From positions 1,216,001 to 1,280,000 of the forward strand of contig CAXXVS010000001.1 in NCBI GenBank assembly GCA_963674755.2: a stretch of 64,000 nucleotides of DNA, written 5' to 3'. The stretch comes from Desulfobacterales bacterium (GTDB lineage Bacteria; Desulfobacterota; Desulfobacteria; Desulfobacterales; UBA5852). Shown here in pieces: positions 19,345 through 30,860 of the stretch. Positions within the stretch are counted from its first letter, which is position 1; the number at the start of each line of letters is the position of its first letter. Under the pieces are notes generated by a model. It did not search any database. It was given only the letters and a program-made list of their open reading frames with translations, and was not told where the DNA came from. The position numbers and the translations under genes were made by a program.

Positions 19345-21402
19345 TTAAGATTCCAACCGCCGCACCGTGCCTTCCTTAACGGGGGCATCCGTGGCCAGGA
19401 TCGCTTTGATTTTCTCGGACAGCTGAAGAATCGTAAACGGTTTCTGGAGGAAGCCGCGGCAGCCCTGGCGCCGAATCTCTCTGATCCGGCCATTCAGCCC
19501 ATAGCCGCTGATCAGCAGAACGCGCACGTTTGGATCTATGGCTCGCAGGCGGTCGAACGTCTCGCCCCCATCCATGCCCGGCATGACCATGTCCAGGATC
19601 ACCAGATCGATTCCTTCCCGGTGGGCGTCATACAGGCTCAGCGCTTCTTGGCCGCTCGAGGCCTCGATGACGCGGTAGCCTAGCTCCAGCAACCATTCGC
19701 CGGCAATTTCAATGATGAAGCGTTCATCGTCCACCACCAGCACCGTACCGGACCCGTGCAAAGGCTTCAGGATGGCTTCGGTTGCCGATTGCATCGGCGA
19801 AGCGGAGGCCGGCAGGAAAATTGTGAAGATCGCCCCCTGGCCCTCCTGGCTGGTGACCTTGATGAAGCCGCGATGGTTTTTGATGATGCCATAGGCGGAA
19901 GACAGTCCCAGTCCCGTTCCCCGGCCGCGTTCTTTGGTGGTGAAAAAGGGATTGAAGATTTTGGGCAGGATCGCTTCGTTGATGCCGCTGCCGGTATCGC
20001 AGACCCGCACCCGGACATAGCGCCCCGGATTCAGGCCGAAAGGGTGGACGGATTTCATGCCCAGCTGGCAGTCCTCGGTTTCAATGGTCAGGCGGCCGCC
20101 GGCAGGCATGGCCTGCCAGGCATTGACGAACAGGTTCATCAACACCTGTTCGATCTGGCCGGGATTGACCGTGACCGGCCAGCTTGCTCCCAGCTGCGCG
20201 GCATCGATCGTGATTTCCCGTTTGGTTCGTCCGAACATGTCGGCGGTTTTGCGAATGACCTCATTGAGGTCGGTGACGGCGGTCTGCCGCTGTTTGGAGC
20301 GTGCGAAGTCAAGCAACTGGCGGGTCAGACCGGCACCGTCCTTGACATAGCGCTCGACGTTGTGCAGTTTCTCGATCAGCGGGTTTTCGGTCGGAGTTCG
20401 CATGAGCATCAGTGAAGTGTTGCCCTGAATGCCCATGAGGATATTGTTGAAATCGTGGGCGATGCCCCCGGCCAGTGTTCCGATGGCCTCCAGGCGTTGG
20501 GCATGATGGAGCTGCTCCTTCAATTCCTGGCGCTCTTCTTCGGCCTGGCGCAGGTGGGTGATGTCCCGCAGCATGCCGCGGAATCCGGTGGGTTGGCCCT
20601 CCCGGTCCGTAACCAGGGAGACGGAGATTTCAAACACCACCCGTTGGTCGTTGCGCCGGGCTTCGAAGTCCTGGTTGGTGGCCGGGATGCCGCTGCGGTA
20701 GACCCGGTTGAAGAGCCGGAACAGAAAACGTGTGGTGGCCCGGGAAAAATAGTGCTGAAAGGGTGTCAGCAGCAGCTGGTCGCGGGCGTACCCGACGATG
20801 CGGCACAGGGGGCTGTTGACGAACACCAGGCGGCCCTTGAGATCGACCTCGAAATACCCCTCTTCGATGCTCTCGACGATGGTCTGGTATTTTTTTTCGC
20901 TCTCCCGAAAGGCGGCTTCCGCGCTTTTCAGACTGGTGATGTCCACCATGACGCCGCGCAGCCCTTTGAAAAAGCCGTCGTTGACCAGGGGCCGGCTGAA
21001 GGACCGCACCCAGCAATAGCCGCGGTGCCGGTTCAAAATGCGGTATTCAATCGATCGCAGATCACCCGAAATGACCCGTTCGTGAACCTTCTGCAGGCGC
21101 CGCCGGTCTTCGGGGTGGATCACCGCCATGAATTCGCGGCCGACAAACTCTTCCGGCTGCAGGCCCGTGAAAGTGTAAATCATGGGGCTGATGTAAACGA
21201 TCATCCCCTTGGGATCGGTGGCGAAAATGACGGCGCTGATATCTTCGACCAGGTTCCGGTATTTTTCCCGGTCTTTCATGGTCTTCTGCAGGAGCAGTAA
21301 TGCCTCGCGCAGCTGCCGCTGGAGCTTCCGGCGTTCGCGGGATTCCCCTTCCAGGGCAATGCGCAGCTCTTTTAAGGGATCGGGCGGATGGCCGTTTTCC
21401 AT
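19345..21402 (-). CDS. Hybrid sensor histidine kinase (2 PAS/PAC, HisKA, HATPase, receiver)
   Basis: AGGIAHDFNNIL, NLFVNA, DTGSG, PFFTTK..GTGLGL and VDDE...DMVMPGMDG. Start uncertain (21402 or 21444). Confidence 0.9.
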   Translation of the reverse strand: MENGHPPDPLKELRIALEGESRERRKLQRQLREALLLLQKTMKDREKYRNLVEDISAVIFATDPKGMIVYISPMIYTFTGLQPEEFVGREFMAVIHPEDRRRLQKVHERVISGDLRSIEYRILNRHRGYCWVRSFSRPLVNDGFFKGLRGVMVDITSLKSAEAAFRESEKKYQTIVESIEEGYFEVDLKGRLVFVNSPLCRIVGYARDQLLLTPFQHYFSRATTRFLFRLFNRVYRSGIPATNQDFEARRNDQRVVFEISVSLVTDREGQPTGFRGMLRDITHLRQAEEERQELKEQLHHAQRLEAIGTLAGGIAHDFNNILMGIQGNTSLMLMRTPTENPLIEKLHNVERYVKDGAGLTRQLLDFARSKQRQTAVTDLNEVIRKTADMFGRTKREITIDAAQLGASWPVTVNPGQIEQVLMNLFVNAWQAMPAGGRLTIETEDCQLGMKSVHPFGLNPGRYVRVRVCDTGSGINEAILPKIFNPFFTTKERGRGTGLGLSSAYGIIKNHRGFIKVTSQEGQGAIFTIFLPASASPMQSATEAILKPLHGSGTVLVVDDERFIIEIAGEWLLELGYRVIEASSGQEALSLYDAHREGIDLVILDMVMPGMDGGETFDRLRAIDPNVRVLLISGYGLNGRIREIRRQGCRGFLQKPFTILQLSEKIKAILATDAPVKEGTVRRLES

Positions 21403-21607
21403 TGGTGATTTCCCGGGATGGACGGATGGGTGTGAATGAATCAATCAATGCCTGACGCCTGCCTGTCAGCGTAGTACGAATTCACTTTTTTTTCAATACA
21501 TGCGCTCATCGCCAACAGGGGCGCAAGCCTGCGGATCCCGGACAATGGCTTGCGGCAGGGGTGAAGGGTCTTATATTGACCTTAAGGCAGGCGGAGAGAC
21601 GATCGCA

Positions 21608-21910
21608 ATGAACCACAAAGTGATCCCGGTCGAAAATAGTCGCAGTATTCCCCAATTCGTATTGCAGCGCGTCCTACGGATGGTGCCCGACCGCGACAGG
21701 GACGACCGGCGGTTGCGGCGGCTGCTGGCGTTTCGGTTGGAGCATGACGGCGAGGCGGCCACCTGCGAATACCTGATGCGCCATATCCGGGATTACATCC
21801 GCCGTCCCGAGCCGCGCTGTTTTTACGACTTTCTCATCCAGCCCCACGGATCCGATCCCGGGTCCGCCGATGACACCGGGCGGGACCACGATCCACCCGG
21901 TGCCGCCTGA
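21608..21910 (+). CDS. Small hypothetical protein
   Basis: 100-aa ORF with GGAG upstream of the ATG, filling an intergenic gap. No motif recognised. Confidence 0.5.
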   Translation: MNHKVIPVENSRSIPQFVLQRVLRMVPDRDRDDRRLRRLLAFRLEHDGEAATCEYLMRHIRDYIRRPEPRCFYDFLIQPHGSDPGSADDTGRDHDPPGAA

Positions 21911-22052
21911 GTAGTCATAGGCTTCTCCCCGCCCACCGATCCGCACCTCTTGCCCGCGAGACCATCCGATCCTCATGAACGCCAATTTGGGATTGCAATT
22001 TAGGCGCGTATTCACTATGAGTCGTGCGACGATTCGCCCGGGGGGAGTTTAT

Positions 22053-22745
22053 ATGGTAGGAACATTTGTCAACACGCTGGCCATTATTGCAGGGAGTCTG
22101 TTGGGCGTCTCCTTGCGGCGCGGCATATCCGAGGCTTACAAAGAAACGGTGATTGCGGCCATCGGCTTGGCGGTGCTCCTGATTGGTTTTAAAAGTGCGC
22201 TGCAAAGCGATGACCTGCTGTTGGTCATCATCAGCCTGGCCCTGGGGGCGCTAATTGGTGAAATGCTGAAAATCGAGGCCCGCCTGGAGGCGCTCGGTCA
22301 CTGGATCGGAAACCGACTGGGGCGGGCCGGGGATGGTGTGGCCCAGGGTTTCGTTACCGCCAGTCTGGTGTTTTGTGTGGGGGCCATGGCCATTGTCGGT
22401 GCCCTGGAAAGCGGCCTCACGGGCAATCATCAGACCCTATTCGCCAAGTCGCTGCTGGATGGCGTGACATCCATCATCTTTGCATCGACCCTCGGTATCG
22501 GTGTCCTTTTCTCTTCGGTTTCCGTTTTGATCTACCAGGGCGCCATCACACTGGCCGCGACCCATCTGAAACCGTTTTTGACCGCCGGTGTGGTGGCCCA
22601 GATGAGCGCGGTGGGGGGGCTTTTGATCGTTGCCATCGGTTTGAATATCCTGGATATCAAAAAGCTCCGGATCGGCAATATGCTGCCGGGTCTTTTCATT
22701 CCCCTGGTCTATGACATCTTGGGCGTCTTGTGGCGGGCGCGTTAG
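22053..22745 (+). CDS. DUF554 (YdfK/YqgA-like) membrane protein
   Basis: GTFVNTLAIIAGS, FVTASLVFCVGAMAIVGALESG, KSLLDG and NMLP. Hydrophobic. Confidence 0.85.
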   Translation: MVGTFVNTLAIIAGSLLGVSLRRGISEAYKETVIAAIGLAVLLIGFKSALQSDDLLLVIISLALGALIGEMLKIEARLEALGHWIGNRLGRAGDGVAQGFVTASLVFCVGAMAIVGALESGLTGNHQTLFAKSLLDGVTSIIFASTLGIGVLFSSVSVLIYQGAITLAATHLKPFLTAGVVAQMSAVGGLLIVAIGLNILDIKKLRIGNMLPGLFIPLVYDILGVLWRAR

Positions 22746-22853
22746 CATTCCCGCCATCGTATCCGGCACCGGCCGTTTAATGCCAAGGACGGATGTGGTC
22801 GCCGCCGGAGTTGGGGCGCCCAACAACAGGACCACTTAGGAATTAGGACGGCC

Positions 22854-23723
22854 ATGCACTACGAAGGCAATATGATTCGGCCCCCCAGCGAAGCCTACAG
22901 CATTCTGTTGCAGGCCACTGTAGGGTGCTCCCATAACAAGTGCACTTTCTGCGGGGCTTACAAGGGGGAGCGGTTCAAGATCAAGCCGGATGCGATTATT
23001 GAGGCCGACATCGATTTCGCTGCCCAACACTGCCGGCAGCAACGGCGCCTTTTCATCTGCGACGGAGATGCCCTCATCATTCCCCAGAAACGATTGCTGG
23101 GGATCCTCCAAGCGATTCGGCAGCGCCTGCCCTGGGTGACGCGGGTCGGCGTATATGCCAACACCAAAAGCATCCGCATGAAAACGGCCGAAGAACTGGC
23201 CGCACTGCACGCCAATGGCCTCGGGATCGCTTACATGGGACTCGAATCGGGGGACGATGAGACTTTGACGGCCGTGAACAAAGGCACCACGGCCCAGGGG
23301 ATGATCGAGGCCGGCCGCAAGGTTCGCCGCGCCGGCATCAAGTTGTCCTTGACGGTGCTGCTGGGCATCGGCGGCCGGACCCGCAGCATGGTACACGCCC
23401 AGGAAACGGGGCGGGTCATTTCGGCCATCGATCCGGAGTATGTGGGTGCCTTGAGCCTGATGCTGATTCCGGGAACGCCGCTCTACGACGCCTGTCAGGA
23501 GGGGCGCTTCGAACTGCTCGGACCGGAAGAGATGCTCCGTGAGCTGGGGGTCATGATTGCCCATACCGAGATGTCCGGCGGCTTGTTCCATGCCAATCAC
23601 GCATCCAATTATCTGCCGCTCAAGCTCACGATGCCGCGCGACAAGGCCAAAGCCCTCGGTTTGATCGAGCGCGCACTGCGGGGCGAGATCGCGCTCAAGC
23701 CGGAAATCATGCGGGCCTTGTAA
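22854..23723 (+). CDS. Radical SAM protein of unknown function
   Basis: RPPSEA...GCSHNKCTFC (CxxxCxxC), YMGLESG and NHASNY. Confidence 0.88.
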   Translation: MHYEGNMIRPPSEAYSILLQATVGCSHNKCTFCGAYKGERFKIKPDAIIEADIDFAAQHCRQQRRLFICDGDALIIPQKRLLGILQAIRQRLPWVTRVGVYANTKSIRMKTAEELAALHANGLGIAYMGLESGDDETLTAVNKGTTAQGMIEAGRKVRRAGIKLSLTVLLGIGGRTRSMVHAQETGRVISAIDPEYVGALSLMLIPGTPLYDACQEGRFELLGPEEMLRELGVMIAHTEMSGGLFHANHASNYLPLKLTMPRDKAKALGLIERALRGEIALKPEIMRAL

Positions 23724-23849
23724 CCACGGGGCAGCCAAGGCCGAAGCGAAGCAGCTATCGTAAACAGACCGACACCATAGAGAAAGCGTGCCGACCGTCA
23801 GCTGACGGTAGCGCACCAATGACGGTTCAGACACAGGGGGAACACGACA

Positions 23850-25874
23850 ATGACCGATGGCGGTTCTGACAATCTGAAAACGCTGGACACAATCTGCATC
23901 AACACCATCCGCACCCTTTCCATGGACGCCATCCAGGCGGCCAATTCCGGCCATCCGGGCGCGCCCATGGGGCTGGCGGCGGCCGCCTACGTCCTCTGGA
24001 CGGAATTTTTGCGTCATAACCCGGCCAATCCCCAATGGCCCAATCGGGACCGTTTCGTGCTCTCGGGGGGGCATGCCTCCATGCTCCTATACAGCCTGCT
24101 CCATCTCACCGGCTACGATGTGAGTCTCGATGATCTCAAACAATTCCGGCAGTGGGGCAGCAAGACCCCGGGGCATCCGGAATACGGCCACACGCCGGGG
24201 GTGGAAACCACCACCGGGCCCCTCGGTCAGGGGTTTGCCAATGCGGTCGGGATGGCCATGGCCGAGCGCCATCTGGCAGCCTGTTTCAACCGCCCGGATG
24301 CCGCCGTCATCGATCATTTTACCTATGTCATGTGCGGCGACGGGGACCTCATGGAGGGGCTTAGCGCCGAAGCGGCGTCCCTGGCCGGCCATCTCGGTCT
24401 GGGGCGCCTGATCGTGGTTTATGACGACAACGGGATTTCCATCGAGGGCCCCACGGCCATCACCTTCACTGAAAACGTCCGGCAGCGCTTCGAAGCCTAC
24501 CACTGGCATGTGCAGACGGTCGCCGACGGCAATGACCTGGAGGCGATGGTCGCCGCCCTGGAGGCGGCCCGTGGGGAAAGCCAGAAGCCGTCCCTGATTA
24601 TGCTCAAAACCCAGATCGCCTACGGGAGCCCCAACAAGGCCGGCTCGGCGGACGCCCACGGCGCCCCCTTGGGAAAGGAAGAGGTCTGCCTCACTAAAAA
24701 ATGTCTGGGATGTGACGCGGATGCCGAGTTTTGCCTACCGGAAGATGTGCTAAATCGCTTCCGGCAGGCCCTGGACAAGGGCCGCGACGCCGAGGCGGCC
24801 TGGCAGGGGCTGATGGATACCTACCGCGCACGGCATCCGGAATCGGCCGAAGCCTTGGCGCGCGTGTTGGAAGGCCGCTTGGTGGCCGGCTGGGAGGCCG
24901 ATCTGCCGTCTTTCAAACCGGAAGACGGACCGCTGGCCACCCGGGCTGCTTCGGGGCTGGTTCTCAACGCCCTGGCCGCCAAGGTCGATACCCTGTTCGG
25001 TGGTTCGGCCGATTTGGCACCGTCCAACAAGACATTTGTCAACGGGATGCCTGAGTTCCAGAAGACGGCCTATGAAGGTCGCAACATTCGCTTTGGGGTG
25101 CGGGAGCACGCCATGGGCGCCATTCTGTCGGGTATGGCGCTGCACGGCGGTATCAAACCCTATGGCGGTACCTTCCTGGTGTTTGCCGACTACATGCGGC
25201 CCGCCATCCGGTTGGCCGCCCTGATGGGGCTGCCGGTCATTTACGTATTTACCCATGACAGCATTGCCGTCGGGGAGGATGGACCGACCCATCAGCCGGT
25301 GGAGCATCTGGCCAGTTTGCGGGCCATTCCGGGATTGACGGTCATTCGTCCGGCGGACGCCACGGAAACCGCCGCCGCCTGGCGTGTGGCCGTGACAAGC
25401 AAGGATCGCCCGGTGGCACTGGCCCTGACCCGGCAGAAGCTGCCCATACTGGACCGCGCGGTGCTGCCGGAGGCTCAATCCCTTGCCAAAGGGGCTTATA
25501 TCTTGGCGGATTCAACAGGTAAACCGGATATTCTTCTCATGGCCAGCGGATCCGAAGTGCATCTGGTGTTGGCGGCCCGGCAGCAGCTGGCCGGCCAGGG
25601 GATTCAAGCCCGCGTGGTCAGCATGCCCAGCTGGGAGCTGTTCGAGGCCATGCCGGTCGCCTACCGGGAAGAGGTCCTGCCCAAGGATGTCACGGCACGG
25701 CTGGCGGTGGAGGCTGGTTTGCCCATGGGCTGGGAACGCTATGTCGGCAACCCCGAGAACGTTGTCGGCGTGAACGGATTCGGCGCTTCGGCCCCGGGCC
25801 CGGTATTGCAGGAAAAATACGGGTTTACGGTCGACAATGTGGTGCAGCGGGCGCTTGCGATTGTCAGGCCTTAG
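23850..25874 (+). CDS. tkt: Transketolase
   Basis: [35 protein letters not shown] and [18 protein letters not shown]. Confidence 0.97.
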   Translation: MTDGGSDNLKTLDTICINTIRTLSMDAIQAANSGHPGAPMGLAAAAYVLWTEFLRHNPANPQWPNRDRFVLSGGHASMLLYSLLHLTGYDVSLDDLKQFRQWGSKTPGHPEYGHTPGVETTTGPLGQGFANAVGMAMAERHLAACFNRPDAAVIDHFTYVMCGDGDLMEGLSAEAASLAGHLGLGRLIVVYDDNGISIEGPTAITFTENVRQRFEAYHWHVQTVADGNDLEAMVAALEAARGESQKPSLIMLKTQIAYGSPNKAGSADAHGAPLGKEEVCLTKKCLGCDADAEFCLPEDVLNRFRQALDKGRDAEAAWQGLMDTYRARHPESAEALARVLEGRLVAGWEADLPSFKPEDGPLATRAASGLVLNALAAKVDTLFGGSADLAPSNKTFVNGMPEFQKTAYEGRNIRFGVREHAMGAILSGMALHGGIKPYGGTFLVFADYMRPAIRLAALMGLPVIYVFTHDSIAVGEDGPTHQPVEHLASLRAIPGLTVIRPADATETAAAWRVAVTSKDRPVALALTRQKLPILDRAVLPEAQSLAKGAYILADSTGKPDILLMASGSEVHLVLAARQQLAGQGIQARVVSMPSWELFEAMPVAYREEVLPKDVTARLAVEAGLPMGWERYVGNPENVVGVNGFGASAPGPVLQEKYGFTVDNVVQRALAIVRP

Positions 25875-26176
25875 GCTTAGCCGGGCAACGAGGAAACGCC
25901 GATGGCGTAAAGTGTACTGATGAAGGCCCCTTATGCCCCCTTCATGAATGTCAATGACGGAAACGCGATTTGGGGGTGGGGGGACGTGAATTCTGAGGAG
26001 CGACCGTCCGGCGCTGTATCACAGGGGGCCAACGCTACCAGATCAAAAAGGCGGGCGAAAGGCCTTGGAGGAGATCGGCTGGCGTTCGGCCGGAGCCACG
26101 CCGCCCAGGGGGCGGAGGCGGGTCGCCGAAACAGCTTTCCGCCCCCTGGCGGTTGTCGAGGGGTATTGGATCGAGG

Positions 26177-26527
26177 TCAGCCGATGGTGCGCTTTACAAT
26201 GCCCAGCAGTTTGTCGGGATCAAAGGGCTTGGCCACATAGGCCACCGCCGATTTCACGGCATGCCGGCCGGCCATCCCGCTGATGACGATGACAGGGATG
26301 TCCTTCAATTCGTCATCCTTGGCCATCTTGCGGTAGAGGCGTGATCCCCACTCTTCGGGCATCTCCAAATCCAGAGTGACAAGATCGGGTTTGTTGGCCT
26401 TCAGCTTTTCCATACCTTCCACGCCATTGGAGGCCGTGTCGGTGTCATAACCGTTGTCGGAAAACAGCGTGGTCAGATATTTCACAACCACCGGGTCATC
26501 GTCGATGACGAGAATTCGCTTTGCCAT
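26177..26527 (-). CDS. Single-domain response regulator (DVU0259-like, Tmc-associated)
   Basis: ILVIDDD, DLEMPEEWG and KPFD. Directly downstream of tmcA. Confidence 0.85.
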   Translation of the reverse strand: MAKRILVIDDDPVVVKYLTTLFSDNGYDTDTASNGVEGMEKLKANKPDLVTLDLEMPEEWGSRLYRKMAKDDELKDIPVIVISGMAGRHAVKSAVAYVAKPFDPDKLLGIVKRTIG

Positions 26528-26609
26528 AATCGGGCCTTTCTGTTGAAGGGTTGATCGTTCCGCGTCGCCTTAAAGGCAACATGGCAATGCTATGGTGTAT
26601 CCTGTACCC

Positions 26610-26999
26610 TCAGCTCCCCTTGACATGGCAATCACCGCAGGTTACCGGCCCCGCTTCCCGGGCCTCATGGCACCCTTTGCAGTTGAGATGGTAGGCGCGA
26701 ACCAACCCCATGGGGTATTCGCCGCCCTCGGATCCGTGGCACTCCGAGCACAGCATATCTTCCGAGCTTTCGTCTTCCACCAGATTGCCCTGCTCATCAT
26801 ATACATGGTGGCACACATTGCATTCATCGATGCCGGCATTTTCATTGTGCTCATCATGCATAAAAGTCGGCAGGGGGCGCATGGTGCTCGGGAAGCCGCT
26901 GTCGTCCACCATTTCAATATCCTCCTGGGAATAAGCCGAAAAGACCGCCAAGGCCAGCACACCCAGGAGCACGCCGATAAAAAGAATATTTTTTTGCAT
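26610..26999 (-). CDS. tmcA: Acidic tetraheme cytochrome c3 (TmcA)
   Basis: Signal peptide, four CxxCH motifs (CNVCH, CSECH, CKGCH, CGDCH), very acidic. Confidence 0.88.
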   Translation of the reverse strand: MQKNILFIGVLLGVLALAVFSAYSQEDIEMVDDSGFPSTMRPLPTFMHDEHNENAGIDECNVCHHVYDEQGNLVEDESSEDMLCSECHGSEGGEYPMGLVRAYHLNCKGCHEAREAGPVTCGDCHVKGS

Positions 27000-27055
27000 C
27001 AGTTTTTCTCCCTTGTCATCCATGAAAAGGACTGAAAAGTCAATGCCTTCTCGTT

Positions 27056-28399
27056 TTACAGGACGCTCTCCGGTTTTTCCATGACCTCGTAGATGATGTC
27101 ACCCAGAAACTTCAGATCCATACCGATTTCATTATGGTGGATGATATCCTCGAGACCGCCGTGGCAGTTGTGGCAGGGGGCTACACAGGTTTCCGCACCG
27201 CGGCTTTTGGCATCGAACAACTGCTGCGCCTTGACCTTGTTGCCGTTGACACGCTTCATTTTCCAAGGGGGACCGCAGTTGATGACCCCGCCCCCGGCCG
27301 AACAACAAAAGTTGTGTTCGCGATTGGGGTGCATTTCCTCGACGTTTTCACAGATGGCATGCACCACGTACCGCAGCATTTCATGGAGACCGCGGCCCCG
27401 AATGACATTGCAGGGATCGTGAATAGTCACGGTCGGTTGGTATTTCTTCGGAATTTTGATTTTACCGGCCTTGAGCAACTCATAGAAAAATTCGATGGAA
27501 TGCGTGACTTCAACAGGGGGCATGCGCCATCCCAGAGCCCGGTTGCCCATGTCGTAGATGGAGCGGAAGGCATGGCCGCACTCACCCATCACGATGCGTT
27601 TGACCTTCAGGCGCATGGCGGTTTCGAAGTGCATGCGCTTGGTGCGGGCCATGATTTCGTTGTCGCCCGTGTACATGGCCATATCGCTGTTATCCCATCC
27701 CGGCGTGGCCGGCATGGTCCAGTTCAGGCCGGCGGCATTGAAGATGACGGCCGCTTGATAGATCAACTGGGCACGGAACTTGGGTTCCGGTCCGATGACC
27801 GAGTACATAAAATCGGCCCCCTCTTTTTCAACCGGGATGCGCAGCCCCTCAACCTCTTCCTGGGCTTCCTCTTCCTGCCATTGCAGGCTGTCGATCCATT
27901 CGTCTTCCTTGACCCACATCTGGTTGGAGGTCACCGAGTGGCTGTGGGCGGTATCCTGGATATACTGGGGCGATATGCCCAGCTTATGGCAGAGGCGCCG
28001 TACGAACAGCATGACGAAGGCCACGTCCAGTCCGAAGGGGCAGTACATGGCGCAGCGTTTGCAGAGGTTGCACTCGGTGCTGGCGATCTCCGAGGCCTTT
28101 TTCATAAAATCCACGCTCACCCGGCCCTTTTTCTTCATGAGAACGGCCATGGTCTGTTTGACCTTGCCGGCCGGCGAATAGCGTGGGTCCTTATCGTAGG
28201 AAAGATAAAAATGGCAGGCCTCGCTGCACAAGCCGCAGCTCACACAGCTTTCCACGTAAGTCTTCAGTCGTGCGCCGGCCTCGGCCGTCATCATTTTCTG
28301 GTAGACTTGCTGGATCTTTTCAGGCGTCAGTTTTTCAGCGCCTTTTTCGATGCCTTCATCATAAATTTTCTTGTTTTCAACTGCTGCTTCGTCGCTCAT
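27056..28399 (-). CDS. tmcB: Tmc complex cytoplasmic Fe-S/CCG-domain subunit (HdrD/DsrK-like)
   Basis: CVSCGLCSEAC, CNLCKRCAMYCP, GECGH, HDPC, CCSAGGG and PCHNC. Confidence 0.88.
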   Translation of the reverse strand: MSDEAAVENKKIYDEGIEKGAEKLTPEKIQQVYQKMMTAEAGARLKTYVESCVSCGLCSEACHFYLSYDKDPRYSPAGKVKQTMAVLMKKKGRVSVDFMKKASEIASTECNLCKRCAMYCPFGLDVAFVMLFVRRLCHKLGISPQYIQDTAHSHSVTSNQMWVKEDEWIDSLQWQEEEAQEEVEGLRIPVEKEGADFMYSVIGPEPKFRAQLIYQAAVIFNAAGLNWTMPATPGWDNSDMAMYTGDNEIMARTKRMHFETAMRLKVKRIVMGECGHAFRSIYDMGNRALGWRMPPVEVTHSIEFFYELLKAGKIKIPKKYQPTVTIHDPCNVIRGRGLHEMLRYVVHAICENVEEMHPNREHNFCCSAGGGVINCGPPWKMKRVNGNKVKAQQLFDAKSRGAETCVAPCHNCHGGLEDIIHHNEIGMDLKFLGDIIYEVMEKPESVL

Positions 28400-28435
28400 T
28401 ATGCAAATCCTCCCTGATGGGTGCGTATCGAGAGT

Positions 28436-29095
28436 CTACCAATCTTTGGCGAATCTTACCCCGCCGAATTCCGAACCCATGTAACCACGGGTGAGGAAGA
28501 ACAAAAACATGTGATTCAGCTTGGTGAAGGGGATGATAGCCAGTAGGACTTCCGCCGACAGCATGTGCAGAATCGTCACCGGCAGGTTGCCCGGCCACTG
28601 GTGGTAGGCCCAGTATCCCGTGATAAAGGGGGTCGCTACCAGACAAATGAGAACATAATCCCAGGCGGTGGACAGGAACTTGACATCGGGCTGAACGATT
28701 CTGCGCACCAGGAAAAAAATGCAGGCGCCGATCACCAGAAGGGTCATGATGTCGGTCACCCCATCCGGCAGGAACCACCAACTGACGTCGAAAGCCTCGT
28801 TGATCAGCGTGATGTGGGCGAAAAGAAAGATCGGCGCCACAAAGATGCTGATGTGAAACACGAAGGTGATAATCGACAGGAAGGGCCGTTTGCGGCTGTT
28901 GACGCTGGCAAAGGGAAAGATCCAGTGGATGATCGAACGGAACGCATAGTAAAAATTCCAGTATTCATAGACAAAACCATCCTTTTTCTTGGCCAGCAGG
29001 GCCCGGCTGATCAGCTGATAGAGAATGCCGCCGAAAAAGAGGATGAAGGCCACCCAGGCCAGGGGGCCGGAGACAAAATTATATATGGCATGCAT
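28436..29095 (-). CDS. tmcC: Tmc complex membrane cytochrome b subunit (NarI-like)
   Basis: ATG at 29095 after AAGGAG. Hydrophobic helices with His ligands (FVFHI, LHML, IPFTKLNHM). Confidence 0.85.
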   Translation of the reverse strand: MHAIYNFVSGPLAWVAFILFFGGILYQLISRALLAKKKDGFVYEYWNFYYAFRSIIHWIFPFASVNSRKRPFLSIITFVFHISIFVAPIFLFAHITLINEAFDVSWWFLPDGVTDIMTLLVIGACIFFLVRRIVQPDVKFLSTAWDYVLICLVATPFITGYWAYHQWPGNLPVTILHMLSAEVLLAIIPFTKLNHMFLFFLTRGYMGSEFGGVRFAKDW

Positions 29096-29108
29096 AATGG
29101 ATCTCCTT

Positions 29109-30386
29109 TCAGCCCAAAATGTCGTTGAGCGGTATGACGGTGCGGGTATAGACCGCATCGGACCCCTTGCCTTCCAGCGCGCGCAACAGGATGCACTGGC
29201 TGTCCGGGCTGAAAGCCGGATCCCATACCTTGGTATAGGTTTCTTTGAGCGGTTTCCCGTCCACCACCAAAGTGAAGCCATCCTTCGATTCGACCTTGGC
29301 GGCCACATGCTGGCTGTCCGGGCTGAAAACCGGCGCCCAGGCCATGTCGTATCCCCCGGGCCAAGTCTGTCCATCGACACAGATGTGGTGGCGTTTGGCG
29401 GTCACCCCGATGCAGGCGAGACGGTTGCTGTCCGGCGAAAAGCAGGCATCCGTAACATAATCGTCAAAGGTGTGGCCCCAGGGCCGATCGTCGATGGCCA
29501 TGGTCCAATGGCCATACTTGGGTGACGCGATGGCGGCCAATCGCTTGCCATCCGGGCTGTAGTGCTGGTGCCAGAGCTGGACGTAACGCCCGTTCCATAA
29601 AGGTTGCCCGTTACGCACCATGGTCCAGGCGCCATCGACTTTGGCGGGGGCGACGACCGCGCCGTCGGTAGGTCTGAAAACCGGCTGCCAGATGGAGGGG
29701 TAGGTGGTGTTCCACACCTCGCCGTCCACCGCGATCGTGTAGTCGTACAAATTGATGCGAACCTCGGCCGCGACGTGCTTGTTGTCGGGCGAGAAGGCCA
29801 TTCCCCAGACATTGACGAAATTTTGCCCCCAGGCCTGCCCGTCCACGGCGACGGAGTAACAGCCCTCCTGGAATTTAAAAATTTCGGCTTCGCTGAAATC
29901 TTTGGTCTGAACGACGGCGGCGGTGTGGCTGCCGTCGGCCGTCATGGCTTTATGGCCGATATTGGCAAAAGCGTTTTCCCAGGGGGTACCGTTGGTGACC
30001 ATCCTGTATTTCATGCCCTGTTGGACGGCGCACGCAATTGTTTTGCCATCCCTGGTAAATTGGGTATCCCAAACGTAGTCGAACTGTTCTTCCCAGGCTT
30101 CGCCGTCCACCGCCAAGGTCCATTGACCCGTATCGGAAACAATGCCGGTCAACCGGCCATCGGGTGAAAATCGCAGGAACCATACCTTGTCAAAGGTGTT
30201 TTCCCAGGCGGTGCCGTTGACGCAGACACTGAATTCCATTTCACCGGTCTTGACGACGGCGGCGATCTTTTCACCATCCGGGCTGGCGTAGGGTTCTTCG
30301 ACCCAGTCGAACGAGGTCGGCCAGTTTCCGAACTGGGCGATTTCTTTCCTGCCCACACTCCAGTCCCAACTGTTTGAAATGTCCAT
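29109..30386 (-). CDS. tmcD: Tmc complex Trp-rich beta-propeller-like subunit
   Basis: Repeated (F/S)SPDG..A and VDG..W units. First gene of the tmcDCBA run. Confidence 0.82.
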   Translation of the reverse strand: MDISNSWDWSVGRKEIAQFGNWPTSFDWVEEPYASPDGEKIAAVVKTGEMEFSVCVNGTAWENTFDKVWFLRFSPDGRLTGIVSDTGQWTLAVDGEAWEEQFDYVWDTQFTRDGKTIACAVQQGMKYRMVTNGTPWENAFANIGHKAMTADGSHTAAVVQTKDFSEAEIFKFQEGCYSVAVDGQAWGQNFVNVWGMAFSPDNKHVAAEVRINLYDYTIAVDGEVWNTTYPSIWQPVFRPTDGAVVAPAKVDGAWTMVRNGQPLWNGRYVQLWHQHYSPDGKRLAAIASPKYGHWTMAIDDRPWGHTFDDYVTDACFSPDSNRLACIGVTAKRHHICVDGQTWPGGYDMAWAPVFSPDSQHVAAKVESKDGFTLVVDGKPLKETYTKVWDPAFSPDSQCILLRALEGKGSDAVYTRTVIPLNDILG

Positions 30387-30860
30387 GCCTTTCTCCTTAG
30401 TTAAGTTGCGTACAAAAGATGCTGTAAGAGGTCATCGCCGATGTTGCCACTCCCGCCGCAATGCCCGGTTGGGTCGGACCGGGGCGTTTTGACGTGTGGC
30501 AATAACACTCTGCAGGAATGTTTGTTGTGTCCACTCTCATTGCAGAGGGCGGCGGAAATCCAAATACATCCATCAGGCTATGCGTATAAAACAGACAAGC
30601 CCCTTGGCTTTTGGAAAGAAGTGGCAAACGCTCACACATGAAGGCGATGAGGCCTTCCGGTGCACGGACTTCGGGAGGGGCGGGGCGGGCGGATTCGGCA
30701 GACGCTTTTTTCTTCCGCATTGTTTCCAATGGGGCTCCAAAGCTATGGTTCATTTCGGGTCGTTGCCAGTCAAGGAGAGTGCCATCACCGCTGCAATCGC
30801 TGTGGTAGGGAATTAACCCATCGAAATGTTTGTCGAAAATTTGTACCGTGGAGGCTCATT

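Noticed and set aside
23793..23808. 16-bp palindrome accgtcagctgacggt upstream of tkt
   Set aside because: Single copy, no U-tract and no known operator match. Could be chance.
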